A DNA stretch of 64,000 nucleotides from Clostridia bacterium. GTDB taxonomy: Bacteria; Bacillota; Clostridia; Oscillospirales; CAG-272. Position numbers and translations under genes: made by a program. The notes beneath the pieces are model-generated. The model was not told the DNA's origin. It made no database searches and saw only the letters and a list, made by a program, of their open reading frames with translations. Of the stretch, positions 49,458 to 58,617 are shown piece by piece. The number at the start of each line of letters is the position of its first letter. The first letter of the stretch is position 1. The stretch spans positions 68,191-132,190 of the forward strand of contig JAFQEJ010000057.1 of NCBI GenBank assembly GCA_017399105.1, given 5' to 3'.

Positions 49458-50546
49458 TTACTTTGAATAACCGGCTGTGATCTTGCGCATGAGATCCAGC
49501 TTGCTTTCCATATCGGCAACAAGCTTCAGCTGTGTACGGGCGCGGTCGAGATTCTGTCCCTCGCGGCTGGTGGAGAAATAAACATCGCCGTTGAGGTAGT
49601 CGCCGAGGAAACGCATGCCGCACTCGAGAGTCAACAGCATCGCAGACTCGGGCAGAAGCTCGCATTCACGTTTTGTGAGTGTGTCGGCAGTCTCAGAAAG
49701 AAATCCGCGGGTGAAGTGCTCGTAGAGATTCATATCGCATTCTACCAGCGACAGATCAGGCTCATCCTCGGCGGCAGTGCTGGCACCGAAGCGGATGGCA
49801 TCACCGAAGTCATAGAGCACCGAGCCGGGCATAACAGTGTCCAGATCGATAACGCAGATTGCCTCATCGGTTGCATCATCAAACATGATGTTGTTCAGCT
49901 TGGTATCATTGTGGGTTACGCGAAGGGGAAGCTCACCGGTCGCAAGAGCATCCACTGCCACATGACAGAGTGTTTCTCGGGCGAGAATGAAGTCGGCTTC
50001 TGCTTTAACCGAAGCGGCACGTCCCATTTTATCGGCGGCGAGAGCATCTTTGAAGTCATTCAGACGCTTTACCGTATCATGGAACTGGGGAATGCTCTCA
50101 TGGAGGGTCGCGGCAGGGAAGTCGCCCAGCATATTCTGGAAGCGTCCGAAAGCGGCTGCGGCATTTTCAAAGAGTTCGGGTGTTGCGCTGTCCACCGAAT
50201 GCGCACCGGGCACTGCCTTGTAGATGCGGATACAGCCTTCTTCTGTCATGAGCATATGCTCACCGTCTTCTGTGGGCATCAGAGAGAGGGTGCCACGATC
50301 GGGATCCTTACCCAAGGTGCTGAGCTTGCCGCGGATAAATTCGGTGACCGCAAGGATGTTTTCGGTCAGCTGCTTCGGCTGTGTAAAAATATCGGTGTTG
50401 ACCTTTTGGAATATGTAGGAGCTGCCATTCGTACAGTTGAGTCTGTATGTGCGATTGATATGTCCCGTATGGATGGGGATGATTTCAACAGGCTTTCCGC
50501 CAAGCTTAAATTTTGCTGCGGTAGAGATAATAAATTCGTTTGTCAT
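49458..50546 (-). CDS. APH-family phosphotransferase (N-acetylhexosamine 1-kinase/MdsC-like)
   Basis: GHINRT, FHDT, RVTHNDTKLNN, VIDLDTVMPG and DFGDAIR. Confidence 0.85.
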   Translation of the reverse strand: MTNEFIISTAAKFKLGGKPVEIIPIHTGHINRTYRLNCTNGSSYIFQKVNTDIFTQPKQLTENILAVTEFIRGKLSTLGKDPDRGTLSLMPTEDGEHMLMTEEGCIRIYKAVPGAHSVDSATPELFENAAAAFGRFQNMLGDFPAATLHESIPQFHDTVKRLNDFKDALAADKMGRAASVKAEADFILARETLCHVAVDALATGELPLRVTHNDTKLNNIMFDDATDEAICVIDLDTVMPGSVLYDFGDAIRFGASTAAEDEPDLSLVECDMNLYEHFTRGFLSETADTLTKRECELLPESAMLLTLECGMRFLGDYLNGDVYFSTSREGQNLDRARTQLKLVADMESKLDLMRKITAGYSK

Positions 50547-50819
50547 AATAATTACCATGGCTTTCAGAAATCGAAAGCTTCCTTATTTGGATATTAGAGC
50601 CGGTTTTATGGAGCAAGCCATAAAAATATGCGTGAAAATTAATTTTTTACGCTGTACTTCGGATAATAAAAAATGATATATTTTGGATCGTTTTTTCTCC
50701 ATATTATATATTATACATTTTTTTCATCTGCTGTCAATGAATTTAATGAAAAATTGAGAGGAATGAAACATGCTGTCGGAAAAAGAGGGCAACTTTGTGT
50801 TCGATACACAATTTATGTA

Positions 50820-50848
50820 TTGACTTTGGGGCAAAAAAATCGTATAAT
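50820..50848 (+). promoter_or_regulatory. Sigma-A promoter upstream of purD
   Basis: TTGACT-17 bp-TATAAT. Confidence 0.8.
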
Positions 50849-50867
50849 ATAAGGTAGGTAATTATGC

Positions 50868-50899
50868 AAGCGGCATCAGATTGGAAAGCCGCTTTTTTA
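50868..50899 (+). terminator. Leader terminator (possible attenuator) upstream of purD
   Basis: AAGCGGC...GCCGCTT followed by a T-run, about 20 nt after the -10 box. Confidence 0.6.
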
Positions 50900-51015
50900 T
50901 CATAAGACAGTATCATTTCCTATGGCAGCTTGCCATTCACAGCAGGGCGGCAGGTGTGTCGGAATAAAATGAAAATTCATTGAATGAAAGTTCAATAAAA
51001 ACAGAGGAATACACT

Positions 51016-52302
51016 ATGAAAAATAAGCTTGATATTCTTGTGGTCGGCGGCGGCGGACGCGAGCATGCCATCATTAAGACGCTGAAAAAATCACCTCGCT
51101 GCGGTAAGCTCTGGGCGGCTCCCGGAAACGGCGGAATCGCTGCCGATGCAGAGTGCATCCCCGTCAAGGCTGACGATGTGGAGGGCATGATAAAGGCCGC
51201 GAAGGAATGCGGCTGTGACATCGTTTTTGTCGCGCCCGACAATCCTCTTATGGAGGGTATGGTTGATCGCATGGAGGCTGAGGGCATCCGCGCATTCGGT
51301 CCCAGACAGTGTGCTGCCGAGATCGAGGGAAGCAAGGTCTTCTCTAAGAATCTCATGAAAAAATACGGCATTCCCACCGCAGGTTATGAGGTTTTCGATC
51401 AGCCTGCCGAAGCGCTTGCCTATATCGAGGCGCAGGGAACCTATCCGGCGGTTATCAAGGCAGACGGTCTTGCACTGGGCAAGGGTGTTGTTATTGCACA
51501 GAATCATGAGGAAGCAAAGCAGGCACTCTCTGAGATCATGGAGGATAAAATTTTCGGCGATTCGGGCAGCCGTGTCGTCATTGAGGAGTTTCTCACAGGT
51601 CCCGAGGTGTCGGTTCTCGCTTTCACAGACGGCAAGGTGGTCTGCCCTATGGTATCCGCGCAGGATCATAAGCGTGCCTTTGACAACGATAGGGGTCCCA
51701 ACACCGGCGGTATGGGTACATTCTCGCCCAGCCGCGTTTACACAGAAGAGATCGCAGACCTCTGCATGAAGACCATCTTTGAGCCCACCGTAAAGGCAAT
51801 GAATGCTGAGGGCAGAACCTTTAAGGGCGTGCTTTACTTTGGTCTGATGCTGACAAAGAACGGTCCCAAGGTCATCGAATATAACTCCCGTTTCGGCGAT
51901 CCCGAGACACAGGTTGTACTCCCCAGACTTAAGACAGACTTTATTGATATTATTGAGGCTGTTATCGACGAAAAGCTTGCCGATCTCACCATTGAGTGGA
52001 GTGACAGTGCAGCGGTATGCGTTGTTCTGGCATCGGGCGGATATCCGGGTAAATATCCCACAGGATTTGAAATTTCCGGTCTTGCAGAAGCTGAGGCTAA
52101 GGAAGACATCACCGTATATCACGCAGGCACCAAGCTGGGCGAGGATGGAAAAATTCTCACCTCGGGCGGACGCGTTCTCGGCGTGACTGCGGTTGCGGAT
52201 GATCTTGACAGCGCCCGCGATAAGGCATATGCAGCAGCCGACGGTATTCACTTTGAGGGTGCATTCTGCCGCCGCGATATCGGCATCAAGAAGTATGACT
52301 GA
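51016..52302 (+). CDS. purD: Phosphoribosylamine-glycine ligase
   Basis: VVGGGGREHA, APGNGG, EGSK, KADGLALGKGV, GPNTGGMG and RFGDPE. Confidence 0.97.
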   Translation: MKNKLDILVVGGGGREHAIIKTLKKSPRCGKLWAAPGNGGIAADAECIPVKADDVEGMIKAAKECGCDIVFVAPDNPLMEGMVDRMEAEGIRAFGPRQCAAEIEGSKVFSKNLMKKYGIPTAGYEVFDQPAEALAYIEAQGTYPAVIKADGLALGKGVVIAQNHEEAKQALSEIMEDKIFGDSGSRVVIEEFLTGPEVSVLAFTDGKVVCPMVSAQDHKRAFDNDRGPNTGGMGTFSPSRVYTEEIADLCMKTIFEPTVKAMNAEGRTFKGVLYFGLMLTKNGPKVIEYNSRFGDPETQVVLPRLKTDFIDIIEAVIDEKLADLTIEWSDSAAVCVVLASGGYPGKYPTGFEISGLAEAEAKEDITVYHAGTKLGEDGKILTSGGRVLGVTAVADDLDSARDKAYAAADGIHFEGAFCRRDIGIKKYD

Positions 52303-53539
52303 TTCTCCCATTGCCGTTATCGGTGCAGGTGCGGCAGGCTTGATGGCAGCCGGTTATGCGGCAGAGCTGGGAGCAGATGTGCTTCTCTTCGAGCGCAACA
52401 AAATGCCTGCCAAGAAACTGCTGATTACAGGCAAAGGTCGCTGTAATGTGACCAACAACTGTACGATCACCGAGTTTATGGAAAATGTGCCCACAAATCC
52501 TCGCTTTCTCTATGCGGCACTCAATGCATTTGAGCCTGCCGACACCATAGCGTTCTTCGAGGACTTAGGTGTTCCGCTGAAAACAGAGCGCGGCAATCGC
52601 GTTTTCCCTCAGTCGGATCGCTCGGCGGATATTGCGGGGGCACTGAAGCGTTATGTCAACAAAAGCGGCAGAGTGAAGCTTGTCCATGAGAGGGTACAGG
52701 AAATTATATCCGAGAAGGGCTGTGTGACCTCCATCAAGACCGATAAGGCTGAATATTCCGTTTCTGCCGCGATTCTCGCAACCGGCGGAGCTTCTTATAC
52801 AGCCACCGGCTCGGATGGTGACGGGTATCGCATGGCGGAGCGGCTGGGACACACGGTGATGCCGCTGAAGCCTTCATTGGTGCCGATTGTCACCGAGGAA
52901 AAATGGTGCGCCGAGCTGCAGGGATTATCACTGCGAAACACCGGATGCCGTGTCATCGATACCAAAACGGGCAAATGCGTTTATGAGGATTTCGGTGAGC
53001 TGATGTTTACTCATTTCGGCATCACAGGTCCTATGGTGCTCAGTGCGTCCTCACGTCTCGGAGAGCTGACTCCCGGGCGCTATCAGATGAAGCTTGATCT
53101 GAAGCCTGCGCTGGATGAGAAGACGCTGGATAATCGCATACTCTCGGATTTTTCCAAATACGCAAACAAGGATTTTATTAATTCGCTCTCCGACCTGCTT
53201 CCTTCCAAGCTCATTCCTGTGGTTTGCAGGCTGTCGGGGATCGCGTCCGATAAAAAGGTCAATGCCATTACGCGTGAGGAGCGCCGCGGTTTGCTGATGC
53301 TGCTTAAGGGGTTGACCGTTACACTCAAGGCATACCGACCGCTGGAAGAAGCGATTATCACCTCGGGCGGTATCTCGGTGAAGGAGATTGAGCCGGGGAC
53401 CATGCGCTCCAAGCTGGTGGACGGGCTTTATTTTGCCGGTGAGGTCATCGATGTGGATGCTTATACCGGCGGCTTCAACCTGCAGATTGCCTTTGCTACA
53501 GCAAGACTGGCGGCATGGTCGGTGGTCACAGGCTGTTAA
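52295..53539 (+). CDS. HI0933/BaiN-family flavoprotein
   Basis: IGAGAAG, ITGKGRCNVTN, ATGG.SY..TGSDG, FTHFG and TGGFNLQ. Confidence 0.92.
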   Translation: MTDSPIAVIGAGAAGLMAAGYAAELGADVLLFERNKMPAKKLLITGKGRCNVTNNCTITEFMENVPTNPRFLYAALNAFEPADTIAFFEDLGVPLKTERGNRVFPQSDRSADIAGALKRYVNKSGRVKLVHERVQEIISEKGCVTSIKTDKAEYSVSAAILATGGASYTATGSDGDGYRMAERLGHTVMPLKPSLVPIVTEEKWCAELQGLSLRNTGCRVIDTKTGKCVYEDFGELMFTHFGITGPMVLSASSRLGELTPGRYQMKLDLKPALDEKTLDNRILSDFSKYANKDFINSLSDLLPSKLIPVVCRLSGIASDKKVNAITREERRGLLMLLKGLTVTLKAYRPLEEAIITSGGISVKEIEPGTMRSKLVDGLYFAGEVIDVDAYTGGFNLQIAFATARLAAWSVVTGC

Positions 53540-53561
53540 AAATCTGAAAGGACTTATTGTC

Positions 53562-54233
53562 ATGATAAAAATCGCAATAGACGGGCCGTCCGGCGCAGGT
53601 AAAGGTGTCCTTGCCAAGGCGCTCTCGGCGAAGCTCGGTTATGTTTATGTGGATACAGGTGCACTTTACCGTGCCATCGGACTGCATTTTCACAGGTGCG
53701 GCTCGGACGGCAGCGATGTCGCGAGAATTGCTTCCGAGGTTGCAGGTGTTGAGGTGGACATCGCTTATGAAAACGGTGAGCAGCAGGTTTATCTGAAGGG
53801 CGAGAATGTCAGCTCGCAGATTCGTCTGCCTGAGATTTCCATGATGGCATCGGCGGTTTCCAAAATTCCAGAGGTCAGAGCGCATCTGCTCGAGCTTCAG
53901 CGCGGTATGGCAGAACGACACAATGTGATTATGGACGGACGCGACATTGGTACTGTGATTCTTCCCGATGCCAATGTGAAAATCTTTCTCACTGCGTCTC
54001 CCGAAGCCCGTGCCGAGCGCCGTTATAAGGAGCTTATTGAAAAGGGCATCGATACTTCCTATGAGGAGGTTCTCGCCGATATGAAGCAGCGCGACGAAAA
54101 CGACCGCAGCCGTGATATTGCTCCCGCAATTCCCGCTGAGGATGCGGTGACGCTCGATAACTCAAAGCTGGATATCCCGGGCACTATTCAGGCGGCACTT
54201 GCTATTATTCGCGAGAAGGTTGGCGAAGTATGA
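53562..54233 (+). CDS. cmk: Cytidylate kinase
   Basis: IAIDGPSGAGK, DTGALYR and DGRDIGTV. Confidence 0.95.
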   Translation: MIKIAIDGPSGAGKGVLAKALSAKLGYVYVDTGALYRAIGLHFHRCGSDGSDVARIASEVAGVEVDIAYENGEQQVYLKGENVSSQIRLPEISMMASAVSKIPEVRAHLLELQRGMAERHNVIMDGRDIGTVILPDANVKIFLTASPEARAERRYKELIEKGIDTSYEEVLADMKQRDENDRSRDIAPAIPAEDAVTLDNSKLDIPGTIQAALAIIREKVGEV

Positions 54234-54841
54234 GAGCTTATGCAGGACTTTATAAATGCCTTGCAGGATTCTTTCGCCGGCTCTTCCGTGTGGAGGCTGT
54301 GGGACTAGAAAATGAGCCTCAGGAGGGCGGGTTTATCGTCGCTCCCAATCATCTCTCGCTTTTTGATGTGATTATTGTTGCAGCGACCCTGAAGCATCAG
54401 GTGCACTATATGGCAAAGGCGGAGCTCTTTAAAATTCCGCTGCTCAAACAGTTGATTACGACCCTCGGCGCATTCCCGGTTGACCGAAAGGGATCGGACG
54501 TGGGAGCTATCCGCAGATGTATATCGCATCTCCAGCAGGGCAATGTGATCGGCTTTTACCCTCAGGGACACCGTCAGCCGGGAATCGATCCCGCAAAGAC
54601 AGAGGCGAAAAGCGGTATTGCAATGGTTGCCAAGCGTGCGGATGCCAAGGTGCTTCCCATCTGTATCCAGACAAAAGGCTACCGCATTCTCCCCTTCCGC
54701 AAGGTCTATCTGACGATTGGAGCACCTATCACTCCCGAAGAGATTAACTTCGGCGGAAGCGGCAAGGAAGAATATGATAAGGCAGCCAAGCACATTTTTG
54801 ATCGTATTCTTTCGCTGAAGCGGGAGGACATACAGATATGA
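54230..54841 (+). CDS. plsC: 1-acyl-sn-glycerol-3-phosphate acyltransferase
   Basis: NHLSLFD (HxxxxD), MAKAELF, FPVDR and YPQGHR. Confidence 0.88.
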   Translation: MRAYAGLYKCLAGFFRRLFRVEAVGLENEPQEGGFIVAPNHLSLFDVIIVAATLKHQVHYMAKAELFKIPLLKQLITTLGAFPVDRKGSDVGAIRRCISHLQQGNVIGFYPQGHRQPGIDPAKTEAKSGIAMVAKRADAKVLPICIQTKGYRILPFRKVYLTIGAPITPEEINFGGSGKEEYDKAAKHIFDRILSLKREDIQI

Positions 54842-56823
54842 TTACGGTTGCATCGCTTGCCGGATTCTGCTTCGGTGTCAAGCGCGCGGTGGACAGAGTG
54901 ATCAAGCTTTCAGAAAACAAAGCCCCGGGCGAGCGGATCTTTACCATTGGTAATTTAATTCATAATCCGATTGTGATTGATGAGCTTGCCCAAAAAGGTG
55001 TGCACGCACTTCCGCAGGATGAAAGTTTGCTCGATCGGCTGACCGAGCTTTGCAGGGAGGCTTCTCCCGATGCAAAAGTATCGGTGATCATCCGAACCCA
55101 TGGTGTCAGACGTGAAATCCTCGAGCATGCTATGGTTCTATCTGGAAATAATCCGAGCTTTATCTGCATCGACTGCACCTGTCCTTATGTTCAAAAAATT
55201 CATCGAATTGTTGCGGAACAAACAACTCCCGACTCTCGTCTAATCATCATTGGTGATAAAAATCATCCCGAGGTGGACGGCATACGCAGTTGGGCGGCAG
55301 GAAATGTGGCAATATTTGCATCCGAAAGTGAAATTGAAGATGAACAAAATTGCCAAAAACAGACAATTGTGGTGTCTCAAACCACCCAAAAGTTAACAGA
55401 GTGGAAAAAATGTCAAAATAAAATTCGAAATCTATATACAAATGCGTTAATTTTTGATACAATATGTAGTGTGACTGAAAACAGGCAGACCGAGTGCGAG
55501 ACGCTTTCCCGCGAGGTCGATTTGATGCTTGTGATCGGCGGCAGAAACAGCTCAAACACCGCCAAGCTCTATGAGGTTGCAAAACGCAATCAGAGCCGCT
55601 CCTATTTGATAGAGCGTGCGGACGAGCTCTCGGGCATTCCTATGACGCCCGACATGAATGTGGGAATAACTGCAGGAGCCTCCACTCCGAGCAGTATAAT
55701 AGAGGAGGTATATCAAACCATGAGTGAAACAATGGAGAATGAAGTCCTTGACTTCGAAAAAATGATCGATGAATCATTTAAAACTTTATATACAGGAGCA
55801 GTTGTCAAAGGTATTATAACATGCGTACTCAACAACGAGATTCATGTTGACCTCGGTGCAAAGTCGACAGGCGTTATTGCTTTCGATGAGCTTACCGATA
55901 ACCCCCAGGCAAAGCTTTCCGACCTGTATAAAGTTGGCGATGAGATCGAGGCTAAGGTCGTTAAGGTCAGCGACCTCGACGGCATCGCAACCCTTTCCAG
56001 AAAGCGCATTGAGAAGGATCTGAACTGGCAGAAGATCGTTGAGGCAAGCACCTCCGGCGAGATTCTCGAGGGCAAGATCATTGAGGCTGTCAAGGGTGGT
56101 CTCATTATGTCCATCAGCTTTGTACGCGTTTTCATCCCCGCTTCCCAGTCCGGTCTTCCCAAGGACGGCGACCTCAAGACTCTTGTAGGCACCACCCAGA
56201 AGTGCAAGATCATCGATATCAATGAGCAGAAGAACCGTGCAGTCGGTTCCATCAGAGCGGTTGCTTCCGAAGAGCGCAAGGCTAAGGCTGAGCAGTTCTG
56301 GAAAGAAATCGAAGTTGGCAAGAAGTACGAGGGTACTGTTAAGTCTCTCACATCTTATGGCGCATTCGTTGATCTCGGTGGTGTCGACGGTATGGTACAT
56401 TCTTCCGAGCTTTCCTGGAGACGCATCAAGCATCCCTCCGAGGTTGTTAACGTTGGTGACGTGATCGTTGTTTACGTTAAGGAGTTCAATCCCGAAACAA
56501 AGCGCATCTCCCTCGGCTATAAGACTGAAGAGAGCGATCCCTGGTACATCTTCACCAACAAGTACAGCGTAGGCGATGTTGCTAACGTCAAGATCGTCAG
56601 CATGATGCCCTTCGGAGCATTTGCTGAGGTTGTTCCCGGCGCTGACGGTCTGATCCACATCTCTCAGATTGCTAAGGAAAAGATCGCTAAGCCCGAGGAT
56701 GTACTTACCCTTGGTCAGACTGTCGATGTCAAGATTATCGACATCGACATGGAAAAGCGCAAGATCAGCCTTTCCATCAGAGCACTCGATGAGGACGAGG
56801 CAGAAGAGACAGACGCTGAATAA
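54838..56823 (+). CDS. ispH-rpsA: Fused 4-hydroxy-3-methylbut-2-enyl diphosphate reductase / ribosomal protein S1
   Basis: GFCFGV, IHN, CTCP, HPEV, QTT, DTIC, SSNT and TAGASTP, then four S1 repeats (YGAFVDLGG, FGAFAE). Confidence 0.95.
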   Translation: MITVASLAGFCFGVKRAVDRVIKLSENKAPGERIFTIGNLIHNPIVIDELAQKGVHALPQDESLLDRLTELCREASPDAKVSVIIRTHGVRREILEHAMVLSGNNPSFICIDCTCPYVQKIHRIVAEQTTPDSRLIIIGDKNHPEVDGIRSWAAGNVAIFASESEIEDEQNCQKQTIVVSQTTQKLTEWKKCQNKIRNLYTNALIFDTICSVTENRQTECETLSREVDLMLVIGGRNSSNTAKLYEVAKRNQSRSYLIERADELSGIPMTPDMNVGITAGASTPSSIIEEVYQTMSETMENEVLDFEKMIDESFKTLYTGAVVKGIITCVLNNEIHVDLGAKSTGVIAFDELTDNPQAKLSDLYKVGDEIEAKVVKVSDLDGIATLSRKRIEKDLNWQKIVEASTSGEILEGKIIEAVKGGLIMSISFVRVFIPASQSGLPKDGDLKTLVGTTQKCKIIDINEQKNRAVGSIRAVASEERKAKAEQFWKEIEVGKKYEGTVKSLTSYGAFVDLGGVDGMVHSSELSWRRIKHPSEVVNVGDVIVVYVKEFNPETKRISLGYKTEESDPWYIFTNKYSVGDVANVKIVSMMPFGAFAEVVPGADGLIHISQIAKEKIAKPEDVLTLGQTVDVKIIDIDMEKRKISLSIRALDEDEAEETDAE

Positions 56824-56841
56824 TCACAAAACAGCATCCAT

Positions 56842-56880
56842 AAAAGAGGTTCCGCATTTATGTGCGCAGCCTCTTTTTTT
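56842..56880 (+). terminator. Intrinsic terminator after ispH-rpsA
   Basis: AAAAGAGGTT...AGCCTCTTTTTTT. Confidence 0.75.
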
Positions 56881-56881
56881 G

Positions 56882-56910
56882 TTGCAAACGTCATGGATTT
56901 ATGATACAAT
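56882..56910 (+). promoter_or_regulatory. Sigma-A promoter for the GH32 gene
   Basis: TTGCAA-17 bp-TACAAT with a TGn extension. Confidence 0.65.
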
Positions 56911-56942
56911 GAAATAAAAATCATAACCGAGAGGTGATTTGC

Positions 56943-58553
56943 ATGAAAATAACTGTTACGAACCGCTATCTTCATATTCCGATCTGCGAAGCTGCAGAAA
57001 ATCGCCGTATGAATTTTATAAAAGACGGTCAGGTGTGTTACGGACTTGATATCAAGCCTGCATCCGACAACTATGATTTTGTTGCCAATATCGATCTTGC
57101 ACGTTTTATGGGGGAAGAACTGGAGCTTGTTATTGAACCTGCCGCTGAAATCAAGCTCATTTTTGCCGATTTTCCTTATCCGAACGGAAATTATTCCGAT
57201 ATCAGGCGTCCGAAAGCGCACTTTACGGTACGTGAAGGCTGGACGAACGATCCCAACGGACTGGTAGAGTATATTTCACCTGCTACCGGTGAGCGCAGCT
57301 ATCATATGTTCTTCCAGCACAACCCCTGTTCTTATCAATGGGGCAATATGCACTGGGGACATGCTACAAGCACCGATCTTATTCATTGGACGCAGCATGA
57401 GATTGCACTCTTTCCCGATGAGATGGGAGCGATGTTCTCGGGAAGTGCTGTTGTTGACAGGGAGAATCGCTCAGGCTTCAAAAACGATTCGGGTGAGGAT
57501 CCCATTCTGCTCTTCTATACCGCTGCCGGCAATCCCTTTACACAATGTCTTGCATACTCCGCCAATGGGGGTAAAAGCTTTGTAAAATATGAGCACAATC
57601 CGATCATTCCTCACATTGCCGATTCAAATCGCGATCCTAAGGTTATCTACTGCGAGGAGCTGGGGAAATATCTGCTTGCTCTTTATTTGACCGAGGATGT
57701 CTACGCTATTTTTGCATCGGACGATTTTAAGCATTGGGATGAAATACAGCGTCTCTCTTTGCCCTTTGATAACGAATGTCCCGATCTTTATCCGCTGACC
57801 GTCGCAGAAACAGGGGAGCGGAGATGGATTCTTTCGGGGGCACATCACCGTTATTTAGTGGGAGAATTTAAGAACGGCAGGTTTGTTCCTTCCCTCGAGA
57901 CACGTAGTTTCGTTGAACAGGGATGCCGCTGTGACCGTCCCGGTGAAGATATCTTTACTGCAAACAGCAAATCCTATCTCTATGGATCGATCAGCTATGC
58001 CTCGCAGTCTTATTCCGATATTTCGGACGGAAGACGCATTAATGTGGCATGGAATCAGATCAATCCTCAGAACAGGCTTTTCTGTTGTCAGATGAGCCTT
58101 CCTATGGAGCATACGCTGCACCTTTCAGGTGGCAATTACTATCTCTGTGCCAATCCTGTTATCGAGGTTGAATCGCTCTGCGAAGCGGCTGACAGCATCA
58201 CCGTCACCCAAACAGCCGAATATTTTCTCGGTGCTGATGCCTACGATATCACGCTCAATGCTGCAGATGAAAGCTTTATTCTCAGCTTTGCAGGTTTGAC
58301 ACTGGAGATTGATGCGCCTCATAATATGATTCGTGCAAATGGCCAGCTTCTCTCACCGGTTAAGCTGATTCCGGACACCGGAATCCATCTCCGCCTGCTG
58401 CTTGATATGCATTCCCTGGAGCTGTTCAGCGGAAAGGGCGAGGTTTGTGCGGCGCTGCCCATCTATATGGATGGCGACAGTAAGCTTCATGTGACGAACC
58501 ACGGAGATCATCCGATTGAAATTGTGATTAAAAAGCTGAAAAATATTCACTGA
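56943..58553 (+). CDS. GH32 beta-fructosidase/levanase-like protein
   Basis: WTNDPNG, FQHNP, MHWGHA, FSGSA, RDP and ECPD catalytic motifs; no signal peptide. Confidence 0.92.
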   Translation: MKITVTNRYLHIPICEAAENRRMNFIKDGQVCYGLDIKPASDNYDFVANIDLARFMGEELELVIEPAAEIKLIFADFPYPNGNYSDIRRPKAHFTVREGWTNDPNGLVEYISPATGERSYHMFFQHNPCSYQWGNMHWGHATSTDLIHWTQHEIALFPDEMGAMFSGSAVVDRENRSGFKNDSGEDPILLFYTAAGNPFTQCLAYSANGGKSFVKYEHNPIIPHIADSNRDPKVIYCEELGKYLLALYLTEDVYAIFASDDFKHWDEIQRLSLPFDNECPDLYPLTVAETGERRWILSGAHHRYLVGEFKNGRFVPSLETRSFVEQGCRCDRPGEDIFTANSKSYLYGSISYASQSYSDISDGRRINVAWNQINPQNRLFCCQMSLPMEHTLHLSGGNYYLCANPVIEVESLCEAADSITVTQTAEYFLGADAYDITLNAADESFILSFAGLTLEIDAPHNMIRANGQLLSPVKLIPDTGIHLRLLLDMHSLELFSGKGEVCAALPIYMDGDSKLHVTNHGDHPIEIVIKKLKNIH

Positions 58554-58617
58554 AATCTCCAACCGAATCCTTTCCTCGGTTACATAATAGGCAAGATCGC
58601 AAAAAGGGAGCTAAACA

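Noticed and set aside
50839-50900. Guanine riboswitch (TCGTATAAT start) before purD
   Set aside because: It lacks the ATATGG loop and the GTTTCTACC and CCGTAAA elements. The TATAAT is better explained as the -10 box.
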